Part shown: piece by piece, positions 21,730 through 33,391 of the stretch
How the letters are laid out: the number at the start of each line of letters is the position of its first letter
Position numbering within the stretch: position 1 is the stretch's first letter
NCBI GenBank assembly: GCA_043803405.1
Contig: JAZDKB010000010.1
Location: 64,001-128,000, forward strand
Origin: Spirochaetota bacterium
Lineage (GTDB): Bacteria; Spirochaetota; UBA4802; JAFGDQ01
Reading direction: 5' to 3'
Length of the DNA stretch: 64,000 bases
Made by a program: the position numbers and the translations under genes
Notes under the pieces: generated by a model
What the model was told of the DNA's origin: nothing
The model's database searches: none
Seen by the model: only the letters and a program-made list of their open reading frames with translations

Positions 21730-22137
21730 CTATTTTTGGCATGCCTTACATATTCCTTTAAAGAAAAGCTGGGTTTCTTTAATTAAATGACCTCCAATAG
21801 ATTTGATATACAGCACCTTAGTATCCATTGGAACATCATATAATTGACCGCACACATTGCATTTGAAATGAGCGTGTTTTTCTACTGAAGCATCGTATTT
21901 AACCTCATTGTCTTCAATTGTGATTGCCTGAACAATGCCCGAGTCCTGAAATGTTTTTAAAGTATTATAAACCGTTGTCTTTGAAAGGGTCGGGATGTCT
22001 CCGGAAATATCTTTGTATATAGTATCAACAGTAGGATGGTTCTTCATTTTTAAAAGATACTCAAGAATTTTCATTCGGTGAAGAGATGGCTTAATAGTGT
22101 TTTCCGAGAGGATATTTTTAATTTCCGATGGTTTCAT
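21730..22137 (-). CDS. perR: Fur-family regulator, PerR-like
   Basis: HPTVDTIY, SKTTVYNTL, YD, HAHFKCNVCG...D, GICKAC; upstream of rbr and dfx. Confidence 0.8.
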   Translation of the reverse strand: MKPSEIKNILSENTIKPSLHRMKILEYLLKMKNHPTVDTIYKDISGDIPTLSKTTVYNTLKTFQDSGIVQAITIEDNEVKYDASVEKHAHFKCNVCGQLYDVPMDTKVLYIKSIGGHLIKETQLFFKGICKACQK

Positions 22138-22271
22138 CTTAATAAGATTATTAGCTTAAAAATTATATATTACACAATATTATTACGTATAATTCTATTA
22201 TATATAACATTTTGGTTGGAATTGTCAATATTTTTAATGATAAATATAAAAATTTTTGAAATAATTTTGAT

Positions 22272-22288
22272 TTTGTAATGATTACATT
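22272..22288. promoter_or_regulatory. Second PerR-like operator
   Basis: TTTGTAATGATTACATT, identical to the 17-mer at 21534-21550; lies upstream of perR. Confidence 0.7.
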
Positions 22289-22392
22289 ATGTTTTTAAAG
22301 TAAAAGAACGCCATTTTAAAAAAAATATCTTTTGTTTTTCCGGATTCCGTATATAATTATAAATTAATATATTATTAATAAGGATATTTTTT

Positions 22393-23379
22393 ATGTTATT
22401 GAATCCGTTTACGGAATCAAATCTTCAAAATCTTCAAACTGGTATTTTAAAAATATCAGCCGATATATTCTGTCCCATACTCCAAATTTTAAAAACCAAA
22501 TGGGTTATGCTGGCAAAAAATGCCAGAGAGCAAATAACGATTATAATTGTCCCGCATAATGAAAAAAAAATTTTAAACTATAATTTACACATATATTCAA
22601 TTATTACGATCGTAATAGTATTCATTTCGGGTTTAATATTTACTTCGGTCTCAATTATAAACTTTTCTTATACAAGCAAAAATGTCTCAAAATTGACCCT
22701 ATATGATGCAAATTCAAAACTGCAAATCAAAGAATATAAAGAAGAAATAACCAAATTATATGACAAATTCCAGGAACTTAAATCCGGCATATCCTTGTTG
22801 TATTCAACAATAACCGAAGAAAATTCAAATTCACTGTGGGCAAAAGGAGGTGAATCAGCTTTAAATGCCGACGAATCATCCTCCCCGTCTATTGAAGAAT
22901 TAAACATGAAAGAACTGGATCAGGAATTAAAAGCAAGCTTTGAAATTCTGGGAGAAATAAAAAATTATTTAAAAAATAAAAATATTATTGAAAGCGCTCC
23001 GTCCATCAGACCGGTGATCGGTTACATATTATCTGAAGCTGAAATAAATACTCACAAGATCATCTATGATAAGGCAAATGTAAAAGGCGTTGCAATAGCC
23101 GCTTTCCCGGGGACAAAGATTCGGGCAACTGCGCCTGGTAAAGTTGAAGCTGTAGTTTGGGATAAATTATTAGGCATTAAAATAACAATACGTCATAAAT
23201 ACGGCTTTTCCAGTATATTCTCGCACTGCCGGAATGTGATCGTCAAGCCGAATCAAAATGTTTCAAAAGGCGAAACTATCGGCTACACGGGAAGTACCGG
23301 TTCGGCTGCAAAAGCAATTTGTTTTTATCAAATCAGGATTGGAAATGAATTTGTCAATCCACTCCCGTATATCAAATAA
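22393..23379 (+). CDS. Membrane-anchored coiled-coil M23/LytM-domain protein, degenerate active site
   Basis: IIIVPH + TM + coiled coil; PSIRPVIG, IRATAPGKV, VSKGETIGYTGSTG, FVNPLPY; Zn ligands missing. Confidence 0.8.
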   Translation: MLLNPFTESNLQNLQTGILKISADIFCPILQILKTKWVMLAKNAREQITIIIVPHNEKKILNYNLHIYSIITIVIVFISGLIFTSVSIINFSYTSKNVSKLTLYDANSKLQIKEYKEEITKLYDKFQELKSGISLLYSTITEENSNSLWAKGGESALNADESSSPSIEELNMKELDQELKASFEILGEIKNYLKNKNIIESAPSIRPVIGYILSEAEINTHKIIYDKANVKGVAIAAFPGTKIRATAPGKVEAVVWDKLLGIKITIRHKYGFSSIFSHCRNVIVKPNQNVSKGETIGYTGSTGSAAKAICFYQIRIGNEFVNPLPYIK

Positions 23380-23413
23380 GATATTATTTTAAATGTTATT
23401 ATATTATTCGGAT

Positions 23414-24001
23414 TTATTTGCCTATCTTTTTACCAGAAAGCAGTTCCCATATTTCAGCAAAACCATATTTACGAGCATATACAAGAGCTGTATTACCGCT
23501 GTTGTCAACCATATTAGGGTCAGCACCCTTTTCAAATAACAGCTTTGCTATATCAAGATGACCATAATAAGCAGCGAGAATCAAAGGAGTTTTATTTGTA
23601 TTTTCTGTAATATTTATATCTGCTTTATGATTTAACAATATCTTCACGATTTCACTATAATTATAGAATGCTGCTATATGAAGTGCTGTATATCCAATCT
23701 TACCGCCAGATTGTACTCCTCCTCCGGGTTGCCCGCTACTTAAATCTTTTATTTTAAAATTCGCGTCAGCACCATTATCCAATAAAAGCTCCATTACCCG
23801 GCTGTGATTATAATAGGATGCCCATAAAAGAGGTGTCCATCCATTTTGATCCACTGAATTAACATTGTCTCCTTTTTTGATCAAGTCATCTGCCATTATG
23901 AGGTTACCGTCTTTTGCGGCCTTGTGTAAACTTGAACAACTTATAAAAGTTAAAAATATTAATAAAACAATAAGGTAAGAATATAAGGATTTAATTTTCA
24001 T
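23414..24001 (-). CDS. Ankyrin-repeat lipoprotein
   Basis: Signal peptide ending FISC; repeats GWTPLLWA, GYTALHIA, KTPLILAA, GNTALVYA. Confidence 0.9.
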   Translation of the reverse strand: MKIKSLYSYLIVLLIFLTFISCSSLHKAAKDGNLIMADDLIKKGDNVNSVDQNGWTPLLWASYYNHSRVMELLLDNGADANFKIKDLSSGQPGGGVQSGGKIGYTALHIAAFYNYSEIVKILLNHKADINITENTNKTPLILAAYYGHLDIAKLLFEKGADPNMVDNSGNTALVYARKYGFAEIWELLSGKKIGK

Positions 24002-24082
24002 AAAATTATCCTTTAAAATAATTTAAAATTTATGTAAAAATAATATTCTGGCTTTTTACTCAATTAATAAAATAATAAAAAA

Positions 24083-24277
24083 TTACTTAACCCGCTTGAT
24101 AGTTTTATTTGATATCATATCCATAAGCTCTTTTAAAAGCGCCTTTTCAATTTTATCAATAACTCCGTCTTCCTGGGACAAACGGATTATTTCCTCATAT
24201 TCCGCCTGAGTTACTTGCTGATCGTCAATGGCTTTTTTTATGACATCTTTAAGCTCTTTACCGTTATTTGTCTTCAT
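24083..24277 (-). CDS. Small hypothetical helical protein
   Basis: 64 aa, GAGG RBS, DGVIDKIE motif. Confidence 0.7.
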   Translation of the reverse strand: MKTNNGKELKDVIKKAIDDQQVTQAEYEEIIRLSQEDGVIDKIEKALLKELMDMISNKTIKRVK

Positions 24278-24366
24278 AATAAATACCTCGAGTAGTTTTT
24301 ATAAATTTATAAAAATTATTAACATCGAAATTGTCAATATTTTTTTATTGTTTTAGTGAAGCATGG

Positions 24367-24819
24367 TTAAGCAGAAATATTCAGAATATTAAGTATTTCG
24401 GACGGTGAATTAGATACTATTATTTTTTTTCTTATATCTTCGTTTTTTAAAACCGTCATTATTTTTGAAAGCAGTTTTAAATATTCCTTATGCTGATCTT
24501 CCCCTGCTGCAACAAGTACTATCATATAAACAGGCTCGCCGTCAATCGCGTTAAAATCAATTCCGTTTTCCGAGATACCTATAGCAAAAGAGATTTTTTT
24601 TACCGTAGTTATTTTTGCATGCGGAATTGCAATACCAAGGCCTATACCTGTGGTCATTATCTCTTCTCTTTCAATAAGAGCGGCAGTCAGCGACTCGATA
24701 TCGTTGCATACATCTGTATCTTTAAATACGCCGGCTACCTCTTCAATTGCTTTAAGCTTATCTTCTGATTTTATTTTAATTATATATTTTTTATCCGTAT
24801 AGTCTGAAAGATCACCCAT
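24367..24819 (-). CDS. PTS EIIA domain protein (PtsN/fructose-mannitol type)
   Basis: ERE...TTGIGLGIAIPHA, DFNAIDGEPV; start moved to ATG 24819 (GGAGA RBS). Confidence 0.88.
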   Translation of the reverse strand: MGDLSDYTDKKYIIKIKSEDKLKAIEEVAGVFKDTDVCNDIESLTAALIEREEIMTTGIGLGIAIPHAKITTVKKISFAIGISENGIDFNAIDGEPVYMIVLVAAGEDQHKEYLKLLSKIMTVLKNEDIRKKIIVSNSPSEILNILNISA

Positions 24820-24981
24820 CAATAATTTCTCCGGCAAATTTTGTCTTTGTATAATTAATTCCTTTGACAAAATATTATTATAGCTTAATTACTTTCAAGT
24901 AATAAATATTTAATTTATAAATCAATTTAAATTTTATCCGGCTTACTTTCGAAAATTGAACAAAAAAAAAGAGACTGCTAT

Positions 24982-25782
24982 ATGAAAAAATATGTTCATG
25001 GCTACTCGGACAGAGAATCAAAAAGACTGCAGGATCAGGCAAACACGCTGGACGAACTGCTGCACCATGATTCTGTTTTCCCGGCGAACAGTAAAATACT
25101 GGAAGCAGGCTGCGGCGTAGGTTCCCAAATAAAAATTATTGCTCCTAAAAATCCTTTATGCAGTTTTACTTCGATCGATATATCCGAAACTTCGCTTGAA
25201 AAAGCAAAAAAATTAGCCCAGTCATTAAACATAAAAAATGCCGAATTTCGGATGGGCGATATTTTTAATTTAACATTTAAAGAAGAATCCTTTGATCATA
25301 TCTTTGTTTGTTTTGTTCTTGAACATCTGCCCGATCCTTTGAAGGCGCTGCAAAAATTAAAAAAAGTATTACGGGTAGGCGGGACAATTACCGTGATTGA
25401 AGGCGACCACGGTTCAGCTTATTTTTATCCTAAAAGTGAAGCCGCACAAAAAGCCATTAACTGCCAGGTGCGTTTACAGGCAATGCATGGCGGCAATGCT
25501 TTAATTGGCAGAGAAATTTATCCGCTTCTTACCCGCGCCGGGTTCAAAGATTGCATTGTTTCCCCAAGGATGGTCTATGTTGATTCCAGCAGGCCGTTTT
25601 TCGTTGAAGGCTTTACAAAGAATACTTTTACAGCCATGATTGAAGGTGTGGAAAAGGATGCCCTGGAGAATTCTCTTATAACCAAAGAGGAATGGGATCA
25701 GGGAATAAAAGACCTGCACCGCACTGCCGGGAAAGACGGCGTGTTTTGCTATACTTTTTTTAAAGGAAAAGCGGTTAACTAA
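24982..25782 (+). CDS. Class I SAM-dependent methyltransferase
   Basis: ILEAGCGVG, SIDIS, FDHIFVCFVLEHL, LRVGG. Confidence 0.9.
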   Translation: MKKYVHGYSDRESKRLQDQANTLDELLHHDSVFPANSKILEAGCGVGSQIKIIAPKNPLCSFTSIDISETSLEKAKKLAQSLNIKNAEFRMGDIFNLTFKEESFDHIFVCFVLEHLPDPLKALQKLKKVLRVGGTITVIEGDHGSAYFYPKSEAAQKAINCQVRLQAMHGGNALIGREIYPLLTRAGFKDCIVSPRMVYVDSSRPFFVEGFTKNTFTAMIEGVEKDALENSLITKEEWDQGIKDLHRTAGKDGVFCYTFFKGKAVN

Positions 25783-25852
25783 TTAGTATTATTCCTGTAC
25801 CACCTGAGCTGCCCTTTTTGAAGCCCCCTTAGGGAATCTGTTACAGATTTTA

Positions 25853-26209
25853 TTATTGTTTTAACCGAATGGTTACTGCATTACATGAAATGTTTCCAAC
25901 AAGCTTTTCCCAGCCATTATTATTAATTTGTCCGATATGTTCAACCTGCCATGCCGGTCTCTGACCGAAAAAAATACAGAAGTAATTGCCTCTGTTTGTA
26001 TAAGCAATGCCTCCGGAAGGAATATCAGGTACCGGCTTTTCTTCACCAAGATCTATTCCGATTGAACCATATAATTCATTTCCCCACTTCTCAAGATTTA
26101 TTCGATAAGGCAATTTCCCAGCAAAGCTATCTGCCACCGATGTGTTAAAAAGTTCTGCCTCAAGAACTATTGATCCGAAATCCAGAATAATCTGTTTCTT
26201 CTGTATCAT
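25853..26209 (-). CDS. Cyclophilin-like fold protein (TM1367-like)
   Basis: KLP...WGNELYG...GGIAY...FCIFFG...IG pattern. Confidence 0.75.
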   Translation of the reverse strand: MIQKKQIILDFGSIVLEAELFNTSVADSFAGKLPYRINLEKWGNELYGSIGIDLGEEKPVPDIPSGGIAYTNRGNYFCIFFGQRPAWQVEHIGQINNNGWEKLVGNISCNAVTIRLKQ

Positions 26210-26244
26210 TTCCTGGTTTATCCTATGCAGATTAATATCCGGTT

Positions 26245-26302
26245 ACATAACATGCCGGTTCAGCAGCGGTAATGCGCCGTCTCCCGGAACCGGTTGTTAG
26301 AT
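26245..26302 (-). mobile_element. Integron attC-like recombination site (solitary)
   Basis: Minus strand: ATCTAAC (R'') + 5 + GTTCCGGG (L'') + 18 + GCTGAAC (L') + 6 + GTTATGT (R') = 58 bp; folds with two extrahelical bases. Confidence 0.65.
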
Positions 26303-26336
26303 GAACTTTTTTCTTCTCTTTCAGAAGATACTGTTC

Positions 26337-28562
<2,226 letters not shown>

Positions 28563-28887
28563 TCAAAAAACAAAAAAGATATGTACCGCAGGTGTGAACG
28601 CAGGAATTGAGAATCATATTAGCGGAACAACTCCACAAAACTTATTGAAGTAAAAATTGTAAGATACATCTGACAGTATATTTTGTCAGGTACATTTTAA
28701 TCACAAAAGAATTTCCTTACTGTAAAATATGCCATTTCTAAAATCATATATTATTATTATACGTCGCAAACAGAAATCCAGTATACGGACATATATGTAC
28801 AACATCATATTTTATTAGACTTTAATATTCTAAAAATCTCAAATACTTTTTAAAATAATTTCAAAATTATTTTAACCGGCCTGGTTT

Positions 28888-30042
28888 TCAGGGAACGGCC
28901 ATTCCAAGTGCACGACGCGTCATCATCAGGATCATCTTTGCATTTCCGGCCCGGGCACGCATAAGCGTGAGATAAAACCGTGTTGTGTCTTTCGCGGGAG
29001 TTGCTATTTGATCCTTTTTCCGCAGATGGACAGCATTCGTATTACATACCGTAGTACATAATCCGCAGCCAATGCATCTTCCCGGATCAACTCTGCCTTT
29101 TCCGTCTTCCAGCGCAATGGCGTCCATCTGACAACGATCGATGCATCGCCCGCATCCAATACAAAGATCGGCATTTGTAAACGCATAATAGTTGGAGTAA
29201 AAATACCGGGCAGGATTATCCAGAAGCTTTGCATTGGATAACACCTCACAGCAGCAGCCGCAGCACAGGCAAACACAAAACGGAGATTGAGAATTGGACG
29301 GCTGCACCACAAGCCCGTCCTGTTCGCATTTATCCAGGATCCGGAACACTTCCTCCAGCGTAATTTCCCTTCCCCAGCCGTGATCCTTGTAATTTCTGGC
29401 AGCATTGCCGAAGAGCAGGCAAATTTCGCGCTCTTTCGTTACTTTGCAGGGATGCCCGAGTAAATCATGTCCTTCTTTGCAGATACAATCAACCACCAGA
29501 AAAGGACCGCGATATCTGCCAAGAATTTGCCGGATATCATCATAAGGCATAATATTGAGATCCGGAGTAATAGATCCTTTAGTAGGCACCGGACGGAGTT
29601 GAGTGAACTTCGGGTTTAAGAGGGCATCGCGGAATTTTTCGTCGATATATTGTTTAAAATCCTCAAAGAATTCTTTCTTAAGGTGATTGACCTGAAATTC
29701 AAACATTCCAATAGCCAGCATAATGACACTGTAGATTTTAAGTCCGTTTCTGGTGATGCTTCTGACAATACTCCCCTGATCGGACATCTGGTCTAAAATT
29801 TTTTCAAGTTCAGCAATATCAGGATATTTGCTCTTTAATCGTTTTTGAATAACTTTTGCAGGTTCAGGGATAATGCTCATCGACAAGGCAATTTGTGCCT
29901 GTTCGGGTGTAAACAAATGTTTCAATATGCGGATTTCAACACCGGATTCAGTTGCAGGAAAAGCAATGGGCAATTTATCCAACTTTTGCTGTAGTTTTCG
30001 ATATACTTTAGAATCAATGCTATCCCGGGATGTAATTTCCAT
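28888..30042 (-). CDS. 4Fe-4S dicluster-domain protein with N-terminal HTH-like region
   Basis: CIC...C...C, CLCCGCCC, CIGCGRCIDRC, CIGCGLCTTVC; start at 30042 (AAGGA RBS) or 30078. Confidence 0.85.
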   Translation of the reverse strand: MEITSRDSIDSKVYRKLQQKLDKLPIAFPATESGVEIRILKHLFTPEQAQIALSMSIIPEPAKVIQKRLKSKYPDIAELEKILDQMSDQGSIVRSITRNGLKIYSVIMLAIGMFEFQVNHLKKEFFEDFKQYIDEKFRDALLNPKFTQLRPVPTKGSITPDLNIMPYDDIRQILGRYRGPFLVVDCICKEGHDLLGHPCKVTKEREICLLFGNAARNYKDHGWGREITLEEVFRILDKCEQDGLVVQPSNSQSPFCVCLCCGCCCEVLSNAKLLDNPARYFYSNYYAFTNADLCIGCGRCIDRCQMDAIALEDGKGRVDPGRCIGCGLCTTVCNTNAVHLRKKDQIATPAKDTTRFYLTLMRARAGNAKMILMMTRRALGMAVP

Positions 30043-30166
30043 ATATTCCTTTTTATTCAATAATATAATTCCGGTCATTGTTTTTTTATCAGATCATTAT
30101 CTCTGATAAAAAACAATCAAAGCATCGGGCAATTAAAACGACAATGAGGAGATTCGGCTGGAAGTA

Positions 30167-30943
30167 TTATTTAAATATATTATTTATTATTTTAAAATAA
30201 TCTTCTTTCGTGTCCATATTTATCTTTGATCTGTTTGCTATAAAAAAATTTATACTTTCAATGTACTGCTCCCTGCTCCAATCGTTCAGGTTGTTCCATT
30301 GCTGTACATTAAAAACAAACTTATCATAAGATGAAAAGAATTCTTCAGCTTCATTTGCATTATCGGGCGCCACTTTAATGTTCCTTTCCTTATATTCATC
30401 CAGTAATTCCTTATACAGTTCATCTTTATGCATAAATGACAACAGCTCAATTCCATAAGACATAAAATTTATTATATCGTGCTTTTCTATTAGCATATTA
30501 TGCAGCTGTTCATAATTATCACTGCGAAGCCTCGCTATTTCATCCAGGCTTCGTGCGGCAAGAACCGGATTATTCATATAATAAGTGTTTAAGAAAGCTT
30601 CCTCCAGGTAGACTGAATTTTCAGGAAGAGGAAATTTCCCGATTGTGAAGATGGCAAATGATTTCCATGTCAGTTGTTCATGATATAGAAATTTTTTAAA
30701 GTATGGGAAGAATGAATTTCCTTTTAGCCGGGAAAGGAATTCCGAATAATCATCATCCGTTAAATCCGATTTTCCTGACAGATCCACAAGGATCATTAAT
30801 GCCGATACAAAATCAATTCCGTCTTCTGTTGAATCCAGGTATTGCATTATTTCCGGTACCAGGTTTTTCATTCCGATTAAGTCGCAGTATTTCTTAAGTT
30901 TTCCGTCACGATTGTAGCTACTGATAATTTCATTAAAATTCAT
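30167..30943 (-). CDS. Hypothetical protein
   Basis: 258-aa ORF with GGAG RBS, AT-rich, no recognised motif. Confidence 0.7.
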   Translation of the reverse strand: MNFNEIISSYNRDGKLKKYCDLIGMKNLVPEIMQYLDSTEDGIDFVSALMILVDLSGKSDLTDDDYSEFLSRLKGNSFFPYFKKFLYHEQLTWKSFAIFTIGKFPLPENSVYLEEAFLNTYYMNNPVLAARSLDEIARLRSDNYEQLHNMLIEKHDIINFMSYGIELLSFMHKDELYKELLDEYKERNIKVAPDNANEAEEFFSSYDKFVFNVQQWNNLNDWSREQYIESINFFIANRSKINMDTKEDYFKIINNIFK

Positions 30944-31242
30944 AAAATACTTTTCTCCCGAAGTAGCCTATTACATAGAAATGTCCTGAGACTGTTCCCT
31001 TCTGTTTCAGCGTTTATTATTTTATAAGTCAGCTACCTTTATTGGATGTAATGAGTGTGCTGTCAATTAAAATGGATTTATATAAAAATATCCAGACAGG
31101 TTGAATCACTTGCAGGGTGATTTCCGTCTTTACACTCCGGGACTCTGTACTTCATAATTTACTAAAATTTTCAGCATGATGCAGCCATACTTTACCTGGA
31201 ATTCTAAACGACAATTTTTATTTTAATACAGTTTCATCTGAC

Positions 31243-33387
31243 TCAGGATAAAATCTCAACAGCGGTTACAAATCTACCAAGCCCTATCATTAGTATTCCT
31301 TTGCCGGCCAGATCGGTTTCGCGGGCACCCGCAAGCGCGGGCAACCGGCCGCTTTTAACCCATTCGAAAGCAATTGCGCACGCGACTGCCGAAGCAGAAG
31401 CAAACTCGCCTGTAATCGTCCTGTAATCAATGACAGGCATTTTTTGCAGAAGCTTTGATTGCAGTTCAGCGAGCTGTTTTTCCGCGATATTTCTTTCAGC
31501 TGCCGGCATTCCTGCGAAAATTACCCCGAACGAGCTGTTTATTCTTTCTACTCCTCCAAGACTATTGACCAGAGATTTTATTATGCTGCTGTTATTGTGT
31601 GAAAATTCAAGGAACGAAGGGAATATCTTAGGGCCGGAATTTTGCTCCGATCTATTAATCAAAAATGCGGCTCCGCCGTCTGACGGCAAAACGCCAATTG
31701 CAGATCTGTCCAGAACGCATGTTAAAACATCGTGATACTCGTCCGCGCATATCAGCATAGCAGGCTCCTCGCCCTGGTGCAAAAGGCTTGCGCAGAAAAG
31801 TGCCTGCTCGAAAGAGTAATCGCCTCCTGTAGCTGTTACGTTCGCGCCGCCGGCGCCGTACCACATCGCAGTCTGCCCTGCAGGCGCGTTGTGCACTGAT
31901 CCGATAAAATCAGTCGGGCTTGGAAACTGCTCGCCTGTTTCAAAAAGCTTATCTAAAAAATCATAAGTTTCAGAAAGAGCGCCCCAGCCTGTGCCGAAAT
32001 ATATCGATGAAGGTTTGCAGCCGCCGCCGGCATTTACAGCCTGCTCGGCAAGAGCCAGCACCATTTTCGGGAGACGCTTTAAGCGCCGTATTTTGCTTTT
32101 CGGCAAAATCCCGGCAGCGCGTTCAATGTTGACCTTGCCCGAACATTTCCCCGAATGCTTTAATGCATCAATAGTCTCGTTAATGTTCCCTGCGCCTGTA
32201 ACGCACACTTTTGCAAGAACAGAAAACGGTTTACGTTCTGCGCGCATTTTTGAAGCAGCGCGTTTTTCCGGCCTGCCTGTCACAATTGCCGCATTGTTTC
32301 CTCCGAATCCGAATGAATTGGAAAGCACGGTCTTCACTTTTATGTTTGATATTAATTTTTTTACCGGATCAAGCCCAAGCGCAGGATCAGGAACAGAGCA
32401 GCCTGTGTTTGCAGGTATTATTTCTTCAATGATACAGATGGCCGATACTGCTGCTTCTATTGCGCCGGACGCTGCAAGTGAATGCCCAAAGGCTCCTTTT
32501 GTCGATGAGAGATGCGGCATCTTGTTTCCGAATACGGTGCGCAAAGCCTTTGCTTCGGACAGATCATTGTCAATTGTGCCTGTGCCGTGCAGATTAATGT
32601 AATCGATATTTTCAGGTAAGATATTTGCGTCCGCCAGCGCGGCTTTCATTGCTTCTGCAGCGCCCGTTCCTTCAGGGTGCGGGCTTGCGGGATGATACGC
32701 GTCGCAAGAGAGCCCTGCTCCGAGAAGCTCGGCAACAGCATCCGCCGGCGCTTCTTCGGACGCGGAAAGCAGCAGCATGGCCGCGCCTTCCGCAACAGAC
32801 ATGCCTTTGCGCAAAATGTCGAGCGGACGCGCTCCTTTCGGATCGATCAGCTGCAGGGAGTTAAAACCGTGATAGGTGAGCCTGCACAAAGCGTCCGCGC
32901 CTCCTGCCAAAACAGTCTTTGCCGCTCCGCTACGCAGCATTTCCAGGGCAAGCTTAATGGCAAGGGCGCCCGAGGAACAGGCTGTCGATACTGTTAGAAT
33001 AATTCCCCTGCACTGTATTTTTTCCGCTATATATTCCGCAACCGAACATGTTGCATGATATTTATAAAGATCAGGATCAAATTTTTTTTCTTTAATAAGC
33101 GTTTCGGTAAAAGGCATTCCGCCTGTTGTGCTCCCCAGTATAACAGCATCCGGCGGAGTTGAATTTTTCATGGCCTCCTTTGTTGCGATAAGGGCGAGTG
33201 AATGTGTTCTTGGTACATCGTCCGGGAAAGAAACGGATATTTCGCCCACAGGCAGGGGAGAATGTGGGACAGGAAACAATACAAGCGGTTTTATTCCTGT
33301 ACGGCCTGCAAAAAGCGCGTTCTTTGTTTCTGCAAAATCCCTGCCAAGAGGGCTGATTATACCGATTCCGGAAACAAATACGCGCAT
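31243..33387 (-). CDS. Beta-ketoacyl synthase fused to a chain-length-factor-like domain (KS-CLF)
   Basis: N-terminal KS: TACSS, HGTGT, KGAFGHS, NSFGFGG. C-terminal: RRLKR...FGTGWG...DFIGSVHNAPAG without the catalytic triad. Start set at ATG 33387, just after the ACP stop. Confidence 0.88.
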   Translation of the reverse strand: MRVFVSGIGIISPLGRDFAETKNALFAGRTGIKPLVLFPVPHSPLPVGEISVSFPDDVPRTHSLALIATKEAMKNSTPPDAVILGSTTGGMPFTETLIKEKKFDPDLYKYHATCSVAEYIAEKIQCRGIILTVSTACSSGALAIKLALEMLRSGAAKTVLAGGADALCRLTYHGFNSLQLIDPKGARPLDILRKGMSVAEGAAMLLLSASEEAPADAVAELLGAGLSCDAYHPASPHPEGTGAAEAMKAALADANILPENIDYINLHGTGTIDNDLSEAKALRTVFGNKMPHLSSTKGAFGHSLAASGAIEAAVSAICIIEEIIPANTGCSVPDPALGLDPVKKLISNIKVKTVLSNSFGFGGNNAAIVTGRPEKRAASKMRAERKPFSVLAKVCVTGAGNINETIDALKHSGKCSGKVNIERAAGILPKSKIRRLKRLPKMVLALAEQAVNAGGGCKPSSIYFGTGWGALSETYDFLDKLFETGEQFPSPTDFIGSVHNAPAGQTAMWYGAGGANVTATGGDYSFEQALFCASLLHQGEEPAMLICADEYHDVLTCVLDRSAIGVLPSDGGAAFLINRSEQNSGPKIFPSFLEFSHNNSSIIKSLVNSLGGVERINSSFGVIFAGMPAAERNIAEKQLAELQSKLLQKMPVIDYRTITGEFASASAVACAIAFEWVKSGRLPALAGARETDLAGKGILMIGLGRFVTAVEILS

Positions 33388-33391
33388 ACTG

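Noticed and set aside
25790..25850. Possible second degenerate attC after the cyclophilin-like gene (CTGTAAC...GGTACAG on the minus strand)
   Set aside because: No GTT in R', wrong spacer lengths and poor L-box pairing; more likely a weak terminator.
28600..28695. Fur-like TGAGAATCAT and CTGACA-N8-TGTCAG upstream of katG
   Set aside because: Short single occurrences that cannot be distinguished from chance and do not match the PerR-like 17-mer.
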